This document shows, in pieces, positions 54,430 to 63,755 of a stretch of 64,000 nt of DNA. Made by a program: the position numbers and the translations under genes. Position 1 is the first letter of the stretch, and every line of letters begins with the position of its first letter. The notes beneath the pieces are model-generated. The model saw only the letters and a program-made list of their open reading frames with translations. It was not told where the DNA came from and searched no databases. Source of the DNA: Planctomycetota bacterium (GTDB taxonomy: Bacteria > Planctomycetota > UBA1135 > UBA2386); contig JBKAGP010000001.1 of the NCBI GenBank assembly GCA_046290465.1, positions 1,376,001 to 1,440,000 on the forward strand, given 5' to 3'.

Positions 54430-54529
54430 CTGGCCCGCGATCGTGCCGCGGCGAACCGCCGCTGTCGACGGCGGTTCGTCAAACCGACGGCTACAGTTCG
54501 CGGCGCCGCGCAGACGATCCCCTACGCGG

Positions 54530-55411
54530 ATGTTCGAGACCCGCTATCCGTTCGAGGACCGACACACCGGCCGACAGGGTGAGCTGCGCGTCGCCGGCGG
54601 CGTCTGGCACCGCGACGTCTGCACGTTCGAGTTCTCCGACTCGGTGTTCGGCCTTGCCGGCACGATCGCGTGCGACTGGCGCGAGGCTGGCCCGCAGATC
54701 GAGGTCGTCGAGGGCGATGCTTCGCAGCCCGGCTGCGACGGCGTGCTGCAGCTGCTGCGCGAACGGCTGCGCGCGTTCCATCGCGGCGCCTACGTCGGCG
54801 TGACCGACCGCGAGCTGGCCCGACTCTACGCCGGCGACTACCACCAGCGCATGAACCTCGCGTCCGACAACGAGCTCGAACGCGCGTTCAAGCGCCACAT
54901 GGTCGACCAGATCCTGCGCATGGGCGCGCCGGGCAGGGTCCTCGACGCCGGCTGCTCGGCCGGTGAGACGTTGCGCCAGCTGCACGCGCGCGGCGTCGAC
55001 GCCCACGGCTTCGACCTGTGCCCCGACCTGCTCGAGATCGCCTACCCCGAGGTGCGCGAACACGTGCGGGTCGGCTCGGTCACCGAGGTGCCCTACGGGC
55101 CCGAGGACGGCTTCGACACGGTGCTGGCGCTGGATCTGTTCGAACACGTGCCCGAGGACCGCGTGCCGCAGATGGTGCGCGAACTCGAGCGCCTGCAGCC
55201 CCGCCGCGTCGTCGCCCACATCGCGCTGTGCGAGTTCCAGTATCCCGGCCACCTGACGCTGCGGCCGCTGTCGTGGTGGGACGAGCAGCTGGCGCCGTCG
55301 TTCCGCCGCGTCGCCGACGCGACCAGCGGCGAGGTCGCCGGCGGGTTCGGCGTCGACCCGTCGCGCTACCTGCGCGTCTACGAGTCGGTCGGCGCGCCGA
55401 TCGCGTCCTGA
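54530..55411 (+). CDS. Class I SAM-dependent methyltransferase with an unrecognised N-terminal domain
   Basis: VLDAGCSAG, GFD, DLFEHVP. Confidence 0.8.
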   Translation: MFETRYPFEDRHTGRQGELRVAGGVWHRDVCTFEFSDSVFGLAGTIACDWREAGPQIEVVEGDASQPGCDGVLQLLRERLRAFHRGAYVGVTDRELARLYAGDYHQRMNLASDNELERAFKRHMVDQILRMGAPGRVLDAGCSAGETLRQLHARGVDAHGFDLCPDLLEIAYPEVREHVRVGSVTEVPYGPEDGFDTVLALDLFEHVPEDRVPQMVRELERLQPRRVVAHIALCEFQYPGHLTLRPLSWWDEQLAPSFRRVADATSGEVAGGFGVDPSRYLRVYESVGAPIAS

Positions 55412-55815
55412 TCGCCGGCATCGAACGTGAACGGCTCGGGCAGCAGCTGCGCGAGCGTCGTCTCGACGACCCGTTCGCCGCGGCCGGCCAGCAGCACCGT
55501 CATGTTCGCGCCGAACTCGGCCAGCACCTGCCGGCAGGCGCCGCACGGCCTTGCGGGGTCGTCGAGGTCGGTCGCGATCGCGACCGCCTCGATGCGCCGC
55601 GCGCCGGCGGCGACCGCGGCGCAGACCGCCGCGCGCTCGGCGCAGATGGTCAGCCCGTAGCTGGCGTTCTCGACGTTGCAACCGACGAAGGTGCGCCCGT
55701 CGTCGCTGCGCAGCGCCGCGCCGACCAGGAAGCGCGACGCCGGTGCGTAGGCGTTGCCGCGCACCCGGCGTGCGGCTGCGACCAGTTCGTCCCGCTGGCG
55801 AGGATCCAGGCTCAT
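55378..55815 (-). CDS. cdd: Cytidine deaminase (homotetrameric type)
   Basis: AYAPAS.F.VGAAL, GCNVENASYGLTICAER, PCGACRQVLAEF, LLPEPF. Confidence 0.95.
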   Translation of the reverse strand: MSLDPRQRDELVAAARRVRGNAYAPASRFLVGAALRSDDGRTFVGCNVENASYGLTICAERAAVCAAVAAGARRIEAVAIATDLDDPARPCGACRQVLAEFGANMTVLLAGRGERVVETTLAQLLPEPFTFDAGDQDAIGAPTDS

Positions 55816-56282
55816 CGACGCCTCCCGCTGCCGGCACCGACCACCAGCAGCAGCAGCGTCGCGCCGTAGCTGCCGAGCTGCAGCGCACAGATCGCGAACG
55901 GCAGGAAGCCGCCGTGGCGTTCGAGGCCGGTCTCGAGGTCCTGGTGCGCGCCGAGCAGGAAGTAGCCGGCCGCCGCCGCGACCAGCAGCACCGCCACCAG
56001 CCACAGCCGCACGTCGGTGGCGACGCGATCGAGCATCACGCCGAGCAGCGCCAGCAGCGGCGCGCCGGCCAGCACTGTCGGCAGCAGCCAGCTGGTCGTC
56101 GAGTCCCCGGTGCCGATCAGGAACGCGACCCAGACGCCCGGCAGCGCACCGATCGAGAACAGCTGGTGGCCGAAGCCGGGCCACTGCGCTGCGAGCAGCG
56201 CGCCGACGGTGAACCACAGCGGCAGCAGCCACCAGAACAGCGGCCGGTCGGCCCGGCGTTCGATCGTGACGATCTCGGTCAT
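55812..56282 (-). CDS. Hypothetical membrane protein
   Basis: 4-5 hydrophobic helices; ATGA overlap with cdd. Confidence 0.7.
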   Translation of the reverse strand: MTEIVTIERRADRPLFWWLLPLWFTVGALLAAQWPGFGHQLFSIGALPGVWVAFLIGTGDSTTSWLLPTVLAGAPLLALLGVMLDRVATDVRLWLVAVLLVAAAAGYFLLGAHQDLETGLERHGGFLPFAICALQLGSYGATLLLLVVGAGSGRRR

Positions 56283-56419
56283 GGTCTGCGGCGGCGATGC
56301 GGCGCGGGTGCACCGTTGGGAAGACGTGGCGAGCAGGCGAACGGCGCGGCGCCGATCCGGCCGCCCAGATCATGGCACCTCGCGGGCGTCTGGCAAAGCA
56401 CGCTGGTTAGAGTGGGCGC

Positions 56420-57727
56420 GTGAGCCAACCCGCCCCTGACCGAGACCACCTCGAAGCCCTGCGCCTGCTCGGCAGTTCGCCCGAAGAGCCACTGCAGGTC
56501 GACGGCGTGCCGGTCGCCGAACTCGCCAGCCGGTTCGGCACGCCGCTCTACGTGTTCTCGGCAACGGCGCTACGCGCGCGCGTCGCCGCCGTGCAGCAGG
56601 CGCTCGGGCCGCGCTTCGAGCTGTTGTGGTCGGTCAAGGCCAACCCGTCGCTCGCGGTGACACGCGTGTTGCGCGAGGCCTCGGTCGGCGCCGAGATCGC
56701 CTCCACCGGCGAACTCGAGGTGGCGCTCGCGGCGGGGCACGACGCGGCGTCGCTGCGGTTCGCCGGCCCGGGCAAGACCGACCTCGAACTCGACGACGCG
56801 CTGGCGCGCGGCCTCGGCACGTTCCACGTCGAGTCGCTCGACGAGCTGCAGGCGCTGGCCGACCTCGCGTCGACGCGCGACCTGGTCGCCAACGTCGCGC
56901 TGCGCGTCAACCTGCCGCAACAGCTCGCCGGCTCGCGCATGCGCATGGGCGGCCGCAGCAGCCGCTTCGGCATCGACGTCGAACAGGTGCCCGAGATCGT
57001 GCGCGCGATCGGCGCGACCGCCTCGCTGCAGCTGCGCGGTCTGCACGTCTACGGCGGCACCCAGGGCTTCGACGCCGACGCCTTCGTCGCCCACGCCCGC
57101 GCGCTGTGCGAACGGGCCGCTGCCTGGGAGCGCGAGCTGTCGGTGCGCTTCGACGAGATCGACCTGGGCGGCGGCTTCGGCGTCGCGGTGTTCGCCGGCG
57201 ACCCGACCTTCGACCTCGCCGCCGCCGGCGCCGGCCTGCGAGACCTGCTCGACGAGCACGACCGCGACGGCCGGCGCTGGTTCGTCGAACTCGGCCGCTA
57301 CCTCGCCGCCCCCGCCGGCGTGTTCGTGACCCGCGTCGTGCGCACCAAGACCAGCGGCGACCAGCTGCACGCGGTGCTCGACGGCGGCATGCACCACGCG
57401 GCGGCGCCGGCCGGCCTCGGCTCGGTGCTGCGCCGCCCGCCGCTGCTGGTCGCCGCCGAGCCGCGCCAGGGAGCGCGACGCCCGGTCACCCTCGGCGGTC
57501 CGCTGTGCACCCCGGCCGACCAGTTCTGCGACCAGCTCGAGCTGCCGCCGCTGCACCGCGGCGACCTGGTGGCCGTGCTGCACGCCGGCGCCTACGGCCT
57601 GACCTACAGCCCGTCCCGCTTCCTCAGCCACCCGAGCCCCGCCGAGATCCTCGTCGACACCGGCCAGGCCCGCATCGTGCGCACCCGCGGCCTGCCCACC
57701 GACGCCCTCCAAGACCAACAAGAGTAG
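56420..57727 (+). CDS. Fold-type III PLP-dependent decarboxylase (diaminopimelate decarboxylase-like)
   Basis: GTPLYV, SVKANP (PLP Lys), FAGPGKT, SRFGID, HVYGGTQ, DLGGG, ELGRYL, GPLCTP.D, GAYG. Confidence 0.88.
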   Translation: MSQPAPDRDHLEALRLLGSSPEEPLQVDGVPVAELASRFGTPLYVFSATALRARVAAVQQALGPRFELLWSVKANPSLAVTRVLREASVGAEIASTGELEVALAAGHDAASLRFAGPGKTDLELDDALARGLGTFHVESLDELQALADLASTRDLVANVALRVNLPQQLAGSRMRMGGRSSRFGIDVEQVPEIVRAIGATASLQLRGLHVYGGTQGFDADAFVAHARALCERAAAWERELSVRFDEIDLGGGFGVAVFAGDPTFDLAAAGAGLRDLLDEHDRDGRRWFVELGRYLAAPAGVFVTRVVRTKTSGDQLHAVLDGGMHHAAAPAGLGSVLRRPPLLVAAEPRQGARRPVTLGGPLCTPADQFCDQLELPPLHRGDLVAVLHAGAYGLTYSPSRFLSHPSPAEILVDTGQARIVRTRGLPTDALQDQQE

Positions 57728-57802
57728 CCGTACGGTACGCGGTTCATCCTCCAACTCCCGCTTGCGGAAGTTGGAGGATGAACCGCGTACCGTACGGCTA
57801 CT
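57723..57802. repeat. 80-bp near-perfect palindrome (GTAG...CTAC, REPIN-like) spanning both convergent stop codons
   Basis: 34-bp perfect arms AGTAGCCGTACGGTACGCGGTTCATCCTCCAACT and its reverse complement. Confidence 0.9.
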
Positions 57803-59987
57803 TTCGTGGGCGCAGCCTGGAGTAGCGCGGGTTGCCGGGGTTGCGCTGCTCGTACTCCGGCAGCAGGAAGGCGTCGTCGGGCAGCTGCAAGAGGGCGGCG
57901 TCGAGCCGTTCGACCAGCTCCGGATCGTCCTGCAGGGCCTTGCCGCGCAGCGCCTCGGCGGTCTGCATCGCGCTGATGCTGAGGCCGTCGACGGCGGCGG
58001 CGGCGAGCGGCGCGATGCGGAACACCTGCTGCAGTTCCGAGAACGTCAGGTCGAGGTCCCCCGCCTGCAGCGCCAGCCGCGCCAGGCCGCCGTGCGCCAT
58101 CGCCTCGTAGTGCGCGCCGTCCTCGCTCTGGGTGCGCTCGCGGTAGCTCGCGAAGTGACGCAGCGCCTGGTTGTAGCTGGCGCGCGCGTCGTCGGGATGC
58201 GAACGGCGCCGGTGCTGCTCGGCCGCGACCAGCGACGCGTAGCCCGCGAACCACGGCAACACCGCCGGCGCATCGTCCTTGGCCAGCAGCTTGGCGTATT
58301 CCTTCTCCATGCGCGCGACGCCCCCCTGGCGCAGCCACAGGCCGCGCAGGCGATGGTGCAGCGGCGCCGCCGCCGGGAACCGCTCGACCCCCTTCTGCAG
58401 CACGACCTCGGCGTCCGGCGAACGAAAGAACTCGAGGAAGTCGTAGTGGTCGGCGACGTTCTGCGGCGTGCCGAGCGGATGCTTCATCAACAGCGTGTAG
58501 GCCGTGTGCACGTCGGTGGTCCACGCACCGGGCCACTCCTTCTTGTTGCGCACGGCGTCCTGGATCGCCGCCTGGCGACCGTGTGCGAACAGCGTCAGCA
58601 GCTCCTTGGCGAGCCGGCCGGGGGCGTCCGGCGGCAGGTTCGGCATCGCCTCGGCGGCGAGCTGGAAGGCCCGCTGCTGCTGCCCGCGCTGCGAACGCAT
58701 CACCGCCTCGAGCGCCTTCGGTCGCCAGCCGTCGGCGCCGGCCGCGACCGCCGCGTCGAGGTGGCGCTTGGCGTCCTCCAGCAGCAGCGTGCGCTGGGCC
58801 TGGGCCAGACGTACGCCACCGCGAACGCGCGCCACCTCCACCTCGAGCGCCTGCAGCAGGCTGCTCTCGGCGACGTCGAGCCGCGCCTGTGGATCGTCGG
58901 GCTGCCTGGCGAGCGCCTGGTCGCGCTTCTGCGCCTCCGCGGCGACGTCGGTGATGCCCGAGTAGGCCGGCCCGACCAGCACGCTCTGCCACTTCTGGCC
59001 ATCGATCGCCGAGGTGCCGTTCTCGAGCCCGCGGTGCGCCGTCGCCAGCGTGCGCGCCCGCGTGCTGCGATCGCGGAAGCGATCGAGCGCGTCGACCAGG
59101 CCGCTGCGCTCGTCGGCCGCCAGCGGGCCGCGCAGCGTGTCGGCGATCAACTCGACCGCGAGCAGGTCGTCGGATTGCTGCATGCCTTCGCGCGCACGCC
59201 GCGCGAGGTCCGGGTCGAGGCCGTAGGCGGCCTGGCGCAGCAGCTCGAGCGGGACCTTGTCGCCGGCGGCGATGCCGAGCTCGAGCATGCGCTTCTTCAG
59301 CTCAGCGCTCGCCTTGGCGAACTCGGCCTCGATCGCCTCGCGATCCGCGCTGTCGGGACTCTCGATGCGCTCCTTCAGCGAACGGTCCCCCTTGACGATC
59401 GGCGGCGCCTGGATCTTGCGGTTCTTGATGCCGTTCTCGAGCGACTCCAGCACCGACTTGACGTCCCACGTGTAGAACACGTCGTAGACCTCGCTGCCGT
59501 CGAGTTCGACCATGATGTGGCGCGGCGAGATCCGCTTGCCGTCGAGGAACTTCTCGTAGACCAGCGGCTCCAGCGCGATGTGCTCGCCGCAGGTCACGCA
59601 GCCGAGCCGCGGGCACGGGATGCGGCGGCCCTGGTCGTCGTAGTCGCGCGGGTTGTGGCGGTAGACCGAGGCCATCACGCACACGTACGGCTCGAACAGC
59701 TTGGCGACCTCGGGGTCGCGGTAGCGCACGCCGGCGTAGTGCTCGCTGGCGATCTCCCCGTCCATGTTGACGCAGACCAGGATCGGCTTCTTGGTCTGCT
59801 GCGACAGCCGCACCGCGTCGTCCCAGGTGCGCTGCCAGCGGATCAGCGGCGGCTTGTTCCAGTCCTCGGCGGTCGGCGCGTACCACATCTGCTCGGGCAC
59901 CAGGCCCTGCGGCTGCGGCACGCCCTCCTGCGCTGCGGCGAGCGCACAGAACGACAGGGAGATCAGCGGGGTCAGCAGTCGACGCAT
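57798..59987 (-). CDS. Secreted protein with thioredoxin-like N-terminal domain and TPR-like helical region
   Basis: Signal peptide; IRWQRTWDDAV..SQQTKKPILV (thioredoxin-like), CPRLGCVTCGEH; helical repeats. Confidence 0.7.
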   Translation of the reverse strand: MRRLLTPLISLSFCALAAAQEGVPQPQGLVPEQMWYAPTAEDWNKPPLIRWQRTWDDAVRLSQQTKKPILVCVNMDGEIASEHYAGVRYRDPEVAKLFEPYVCVMASVYRHNPRDYDDQGRRIPCPRLGCVTCGEHIALEPLVYEKFLDGKRISPRHIMVELDGSEVYDVFYTWDVKSVLESLENGIKNRKIQAPPIVKGDRSLKERIESPDSADREAIEAEFAKASAELKKRMLELGIAAGDKVPLELLRQAAYGLDPDLARRAREGMQQSDDLLAVELIADTLRGPLAADERSGLVDALDRFRDRSTRARTLATAHRGLENGTSAIDGQKWQSVLVGPAYSGITDVAAEAQKRDQALARQPDDPQARLDVAESSLLQALEVEVARVRGGVRLAQAQRTLLLEDAKRHLDAAVAAGADGWRPKALEAVMRSQRGQQQRAFQLAAEAMPNLPPDAPGRLAKELLTLFAHGRQAAIQDAVRNKKEWPGAWTTDVHTAYTLLMKHPLGTPQNVADHYDFLEFFRSPDAEVVLQKGVERFPAAAPLHHRLRGLWLRQGGVARMEKEYAKLLAKDDAPAVLPWFAGYASLVAAEQHRRRSHPDDARASYNQALRHFASYRERTQSEDGAHYEAMAHGGLARLALQAGDLDLTFSELQQVFRIAPLAAAAVDGLSISAMQTAEALRGKALQDDPELVERLDAALLQLPDDAFLLPEYEQRNPGNPRYSRLRPRK

Positions 59988-60051
59988 GGGCGGCAGGATA
60001 GCCGAAGCCCTGGCCGCGCGTGTCGCATGTGCGTCATTCGCGCGTCGACGT

Positions 60052-60864
60052 TCAGCAGTCGACCAGCATCTCGTCGAGTCCGCGCCGCGCCCGCCAGCCA
60101 CCGAGCAGCGACACGTCGCGCGGCCGCAGCGGGTCCTGGCACTCGATGGAATCGAGCGCCTCGGTCGAAAGGCCCTGCACGGCGCACAGCCGCTGGGCCA
60201 ATTGCCACCGCGAGACCCGTTCGGGACCGGGCAGATGGAACACATTTGGTCCATCGGGGTCGACCACCGCCTCGACCAGCGCAAAGGCCGCGTCGGCGGC
60301 GTGCAGCGGCGTGCGGTACTCGTTGGTGAACAGGCCGAACGGCCGCGGTTCGGCGATCGCCGCGCGCACCGACGCGGTGGCGCCGCGGCCGAGCGGGTCG
60401 GCGCCGAACAGCAGCGGCAGACGCACGACCCGACCGCCGTGCACGCGCACGCGGTCCTCGCCCTGCGCCTTGCTGGCGCCGTAGACCGACAGCGGCGAGG
60501 GGGGCGCGTTCTCGGCGTACGGCGCGCTGCGGCCGTCGAACACCAGATCGGTCGACGCGAACAGCAGCCGCGCCCCGAACCGTTCGGCGAACCGCTCGGG
60601 CAGCCAGGTGTTGGCGCGCGCGGCCGCGCCCGGATCGCGGGTGCACTCGCCGATGCGCGACATCGCCGCCAGGTGGACCACCAGGTCCGGCTGCAGGCCT
60701 TCGACCACCGCCGCCACCATGCCGGGCGCCAGCAGGTCGACCGCGGCGTCGCCGCCAGAACGGGAGGTCGTCAGGGCGACGTGGCCGGCGGCCTGCACGG
60801 CGGCGACGGTGTAACGACCGAGGAAGCCCTCGGAGCCGGTCACGAGAATGCGGAGGGCGGCCAT
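60052..60864 (-). CDS. RmlD-like SDR (dTDP-4-dehydrorhamnose reductase family)
   Basis: ILVTGSEGFLG, VVHLAA, STDLVFDG, YGASK, EYRTP. Confidence 0.88.
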   Translation of the reverse strand: MAALRILVTGSEGFLGRYTVAAVQAAGHVALTTSRSGGDAAVDLLAPGMVAAVVEGLQPDLVVHLAAMSRIGECTRDPGAAARANTWLPERFAERFGARLLFASTDLVFDGRSAPYAENAPPSPLSVYGASKAQGEDRVRVHGGRVVRLPLLFGADPLGRGATASVRAAIAEPRPFGLFTNEYRTPLHAADAAFALVEAVVDPDGPNVFHLPGPERVSRWQLAQRLCAVQGLSTEALDSIECQDPLRPRDVSLLGGWRARRGLDEMLVDC

Positions 60865-60930
60865 GCGGGCCCGTATGGTTGCAGGTTCGGCTGGCCAGCG
60901 GAAGCACCGAGGTCGTATGGTCGGCGCGAC

Positions 60931-61833
60931 TTGTCGCCCGCCGCTGCCGCCAACCCGACGCCGCCCGAGCGCGTGCTGCTGATCGCCAACCCGATCTCCG
61001 GCGGCGGCCGCGGCCGCATCCTGGCGCCGGCGCTGGGCGCGGCGCTGGCTGCGCGCGGGGTCGAGGCCGAGGTGTTCCTGACGACCGCTGCCGGCGATGC
61101 CGCGCGGCGCGCCGAACGCGCCGGGGACGAGCCGTGGGACGGCCTGGTCGCGCTGGGCGGCGACGGCACCGTCAACGAGGTCCTCAACGGCATGCCGGAC
61201 CCGACCCGGCCGCTGGGCGTGCTGCCGGTCGGCACCGCCAACGTGCTGGCGATCGAGCTGTCGCTGCCGCGCGACGTCGACGGCGCCGCGAGCGTGATCG
61301 CCGCCGGCCATCGGCGCGAGCTCGCGATCGGCACCTGCAACGGCCGGCGCTTCCTGCTGTTCGTCGGAGTCGGCATGGACGGCGCCATCGTGCGCCGGCT
61401 CAGCGAGGTGCGCACCGGCACGCTCGGCAAGCACAAGTGGCTCGGGCCGCTGCTGCACACGGCGTGGCACTGGCCGCGTCCCGAGCTGACCGTCAGCTGC
61501 GATGGCGGCGCGCCCATGACCGGCGTGTCATCGGTGCTGGTGACCCGGGTGCGCAACTACGGCGGCATCATGAGCCTGCCCGACGCCGACCGCGACAGCG
61601 GCGAACTGCACGTGCTGGCGTTCCACATGCGTTCGCGCCTGAGCTGGCTCTACCACGGCCTGCGCGCGACCGTCGGCCGGCTGCGAGGGGGCCGCCACCT
61701 GACCATCGTGCGCGCGCGCACGGTGCGCGTCGACGGCATCGCCCCGTTCCAGATCGACGGCGACTACGGCGGCGAGAGCCCCACCGATCTCGCCCTCCAC
61801 CCCCACCCAGCCCAGCTCTTCTCCCCGAGATGA
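60931..61833 (+). CDS. Diacylglycerol/lipid kinase family (YegS/DgkB-like)
   Basis: IANPISGGG, GGDGTVNEV, LPVGTANVLA, GVGMDG, QIDGD. TTG start inferred. Confidence 0.9.
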   Translation: MSPAAAANPTPPERVLLIANPISGGGRGRILAPALGAALAARGVEAEVFLTTAAGDAARRAERAGDEPWDGLVALGGDGTVNEVLNGMPDPTRPLGVLPVGTANVLAIELSLPRDVDGAASVIAAGHRRELAIGTCNGRRFLLFVGVGMDGAIVRRLSEVRTGTLGKHKWLGPLLHTAWHWPRPELTVSCDGGAPMTGVSSVLVTRVRNYGGIMSLPDADRDSGELHVLAFHMRSRLSWLYHGLRATVGRLRGGRHLTIVRARTVRVDGIAPFQIDGDYGGESPTDLALHPHPAQLFSPR

Positions 61834-61878
61834 TCCGTCCGTGAGGTTTCGTCCCGGAACCAACTTGCGGAACACGAA

Positions 61879-63705
61879 TCAGAAGGTGGCGATGGTGCTG
61901 CGGAGGGCGTTGCTGAGGGTGGCGCCGAAGGGGTTCTGGCCGTTGGGGAGGCTGCCGGGGACCACCATGGCCGCCGACTGGGTGAACAGCTGCACGCCGG
62001 CGGGGATGCCGGCAGGCAGCGCGACGGTCTGGGTCTGGTTCGGGCCGGCGCCGACGAACGCCAGCGTCACGTCGAGGCCGACCAGGTGCAGGCGGCAGCC
62101 CGGCATGCCGAGCGCAGCGAGGTCGGTGCCCGGCACGTCGCCGACCGGCGAGAAGATCGTCACGCCGAAGAACACGCCCGAGCTGCCGGTCGCGTCCGGA
62201 ATGCCGTCGATCGCGTAGGTCAAAAGCGCGCCGGCGGTCGCCGTCGACGTCGGCGCGGGCGACGCCGACAGCCGCATCGCCAGCACGTCGGGCGCCGTCG
62301 CCAACGGCGTCGCGACCGCGAGGTCGACCGAACCCGGATCCAGCGACGGCCCCGGCGCATGGCCGACGATGGTCGGCTGCACCGGGTTGCTCGTCGCCAG
62401 CTGGTCCCACGCGATCCGCGCGACCCCGGACAGCAGCTCGAACTGCATCTGGAAGCGCTCCGGCTGGCCGCTGCCGAAGCGCGGCACGTCGTTCCAGGTC
62501 ACATGGAGCACGCCGGCGATCTCCTCGACCAGCACCGCGCCCCCGGCCGACGGATCGTAGTCGGCGTTGCTGCGAAACGACGCGACCGGCGACTGCGTCA
62601 TGTGGTAGGGCGAACCGTAGGCCGCGATCGCGTTGCTGCCGATCGGACCGAGCGTGACCACGCCGTTCGAGCTGACCGACAAGGTGGACACCGGCCCACC
62701 GACAGACGCGAACGGCTGCGACGGCGTCACGTTCGCCTCCTGCTCGTCGCCGAGCAGCAGGTCGATCGCCGCGGTACCCGGCGGCACGAAGCCGGGCCCG
62801 CCGAGCGACACCGCGTAGCCGTCGCCGGCCACAACCGGCGCGAACGTCAGCGTGCGCCCCTGCAGCGCCGCGTGCATCTGCGCCGGCGACGCGAACCGCT
62901 GGTAGACGCACTGCCGCGCGAGGTCGTAGCAACCACGCCCGAGCACCTGGTGGCTCGCCGGCACCTGGTAGCAGGTCTGCGAGAAGCCGAAGCCGCCGCT
63001 GCCGTTGGGCACGAACGTGATCGAGCGCAGCTCGAGGTCGAACGGCGGCCACAGGTTCTCGTAGACGAGGCCCAGCGCGCCCGAGTCGCCGCCGCCGACC
63101 AGGTCGCTCGGCGGCGTGAACCCCGGCCCGACGTCGTCGCCGACCGACACCCCGACGTAGTCCCAGATGTTGAAGCCGTCGAACCCCTGGCCGTAGTCGA
63201 AGCGGATCTCGCCGGTGTCGAACAGCGTCACGCTGCAGTCCCAGTCCTGACCGGCGAAGTAGCGGCTCCAGTCGACGAAGCTGACCTTGAACGCGCCCGC
63301 CACCGCACGGTCGACCAGCACCCGCGAGGTCGGATGCGGCCCTTCGTTGTCGCCGCCGATCACCAGCACGCGCGCCGAACCACCAGGCCCGCCGCGCAGC
63401 GTCGCCAGCGTCGACGTGCCGAAGTTGGACGGGTTGACGACGCCGTTGCCGTCGGTCAGGTAGACCTCGCCGTTGGCGTCGACCACCGCGTGCGTGATCG
63501 CATACGGTACCCCCGCCATCGGGAACGTGAAGCCGAGCGGCAGTTCCGCGGTCTTGCCCTCGTCGCTCGCCGGGTAGCCCGGCAGGTCCGCCACCAGCGG
63601 CTCGGCCACGCCGGTCGCCACGAAGCACTGGGCCATGGCCGTGCCCGTCGCGCCGCACAGGCCGACGAGGCAGGCGACGAAAGGCTGGGCGAGGAACCGG
63701 CGCAT
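61879..63705 (-). CDS. Large secreted hypothetical protein (two similar beta-rich domains plus C-terminal domain)
   Basis: Signal peptide ending AMAQ; repeated DE...LGFTFP/PF...NG.V modules; C-terminus Q....TLSNAL. Confidence 0.75.
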   Translation of the reverse strand: MRRFLAQPFVACLVGLCGATGTAMAQCFVATGVAEPLVADLPGYPASDEGKTAELPLGFTFPMAGVPYAITHAVVDANGEVYLTDGNGVVNPSNFGTSTLATLRGGPGGSARVLVIGGDNEGPHPTSRVLVDRAVAGAFKVSFVDWSRYFAGQDWDCSVTLFDTGEIRFDYGQGFDGFNIWDYVGVSVGDDVGPGFTPPSDLVGGGDSGALGLVYENLWPPFDLELRSITFVPNGSGGFGFSQTCYQVPASHQVLGRGCYDLARQCVYQRFASPAQMHAALQGRTLTFAPVVAGDGYAVSLGGPGFVPPGTAAIDLLLGDEQEANVTPSQPFASVGGPVSTLSVSSNGVVTLGPIGSNAIAAYGSPYHMTQSPVASFRSNADYDPSAGGAVLVEEIAGVLHVTWNDVPRFGSGQPERFQMQFELLSGVARIAWDQLATSNPVQPTIVGHAPGPSLDPGSVDLAVATPLATAPDVLAMRLSASPAPTSTATAGALLTYAIDGIPDATGSSGVFFGVTIFSPVGDVPGTDLAALGMPGCRLHLVGLDVTLAFVGAGPNQTQTVALPAGIPAGVQLFTQSAAMVVPGSLPNGQNPFGATLSNALRSTIATF

Positions 63706-63755
63706 GGGAACGACAGCCTACCCGCCCATGCGGCGCCGCGGTTAGCATGCTGCCG

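Noticed and set aside
59570..59625. c-type heme-binding motif
   Set aside because: The sequence is CVTCGEH (CxxCxxH), not CxxCH.
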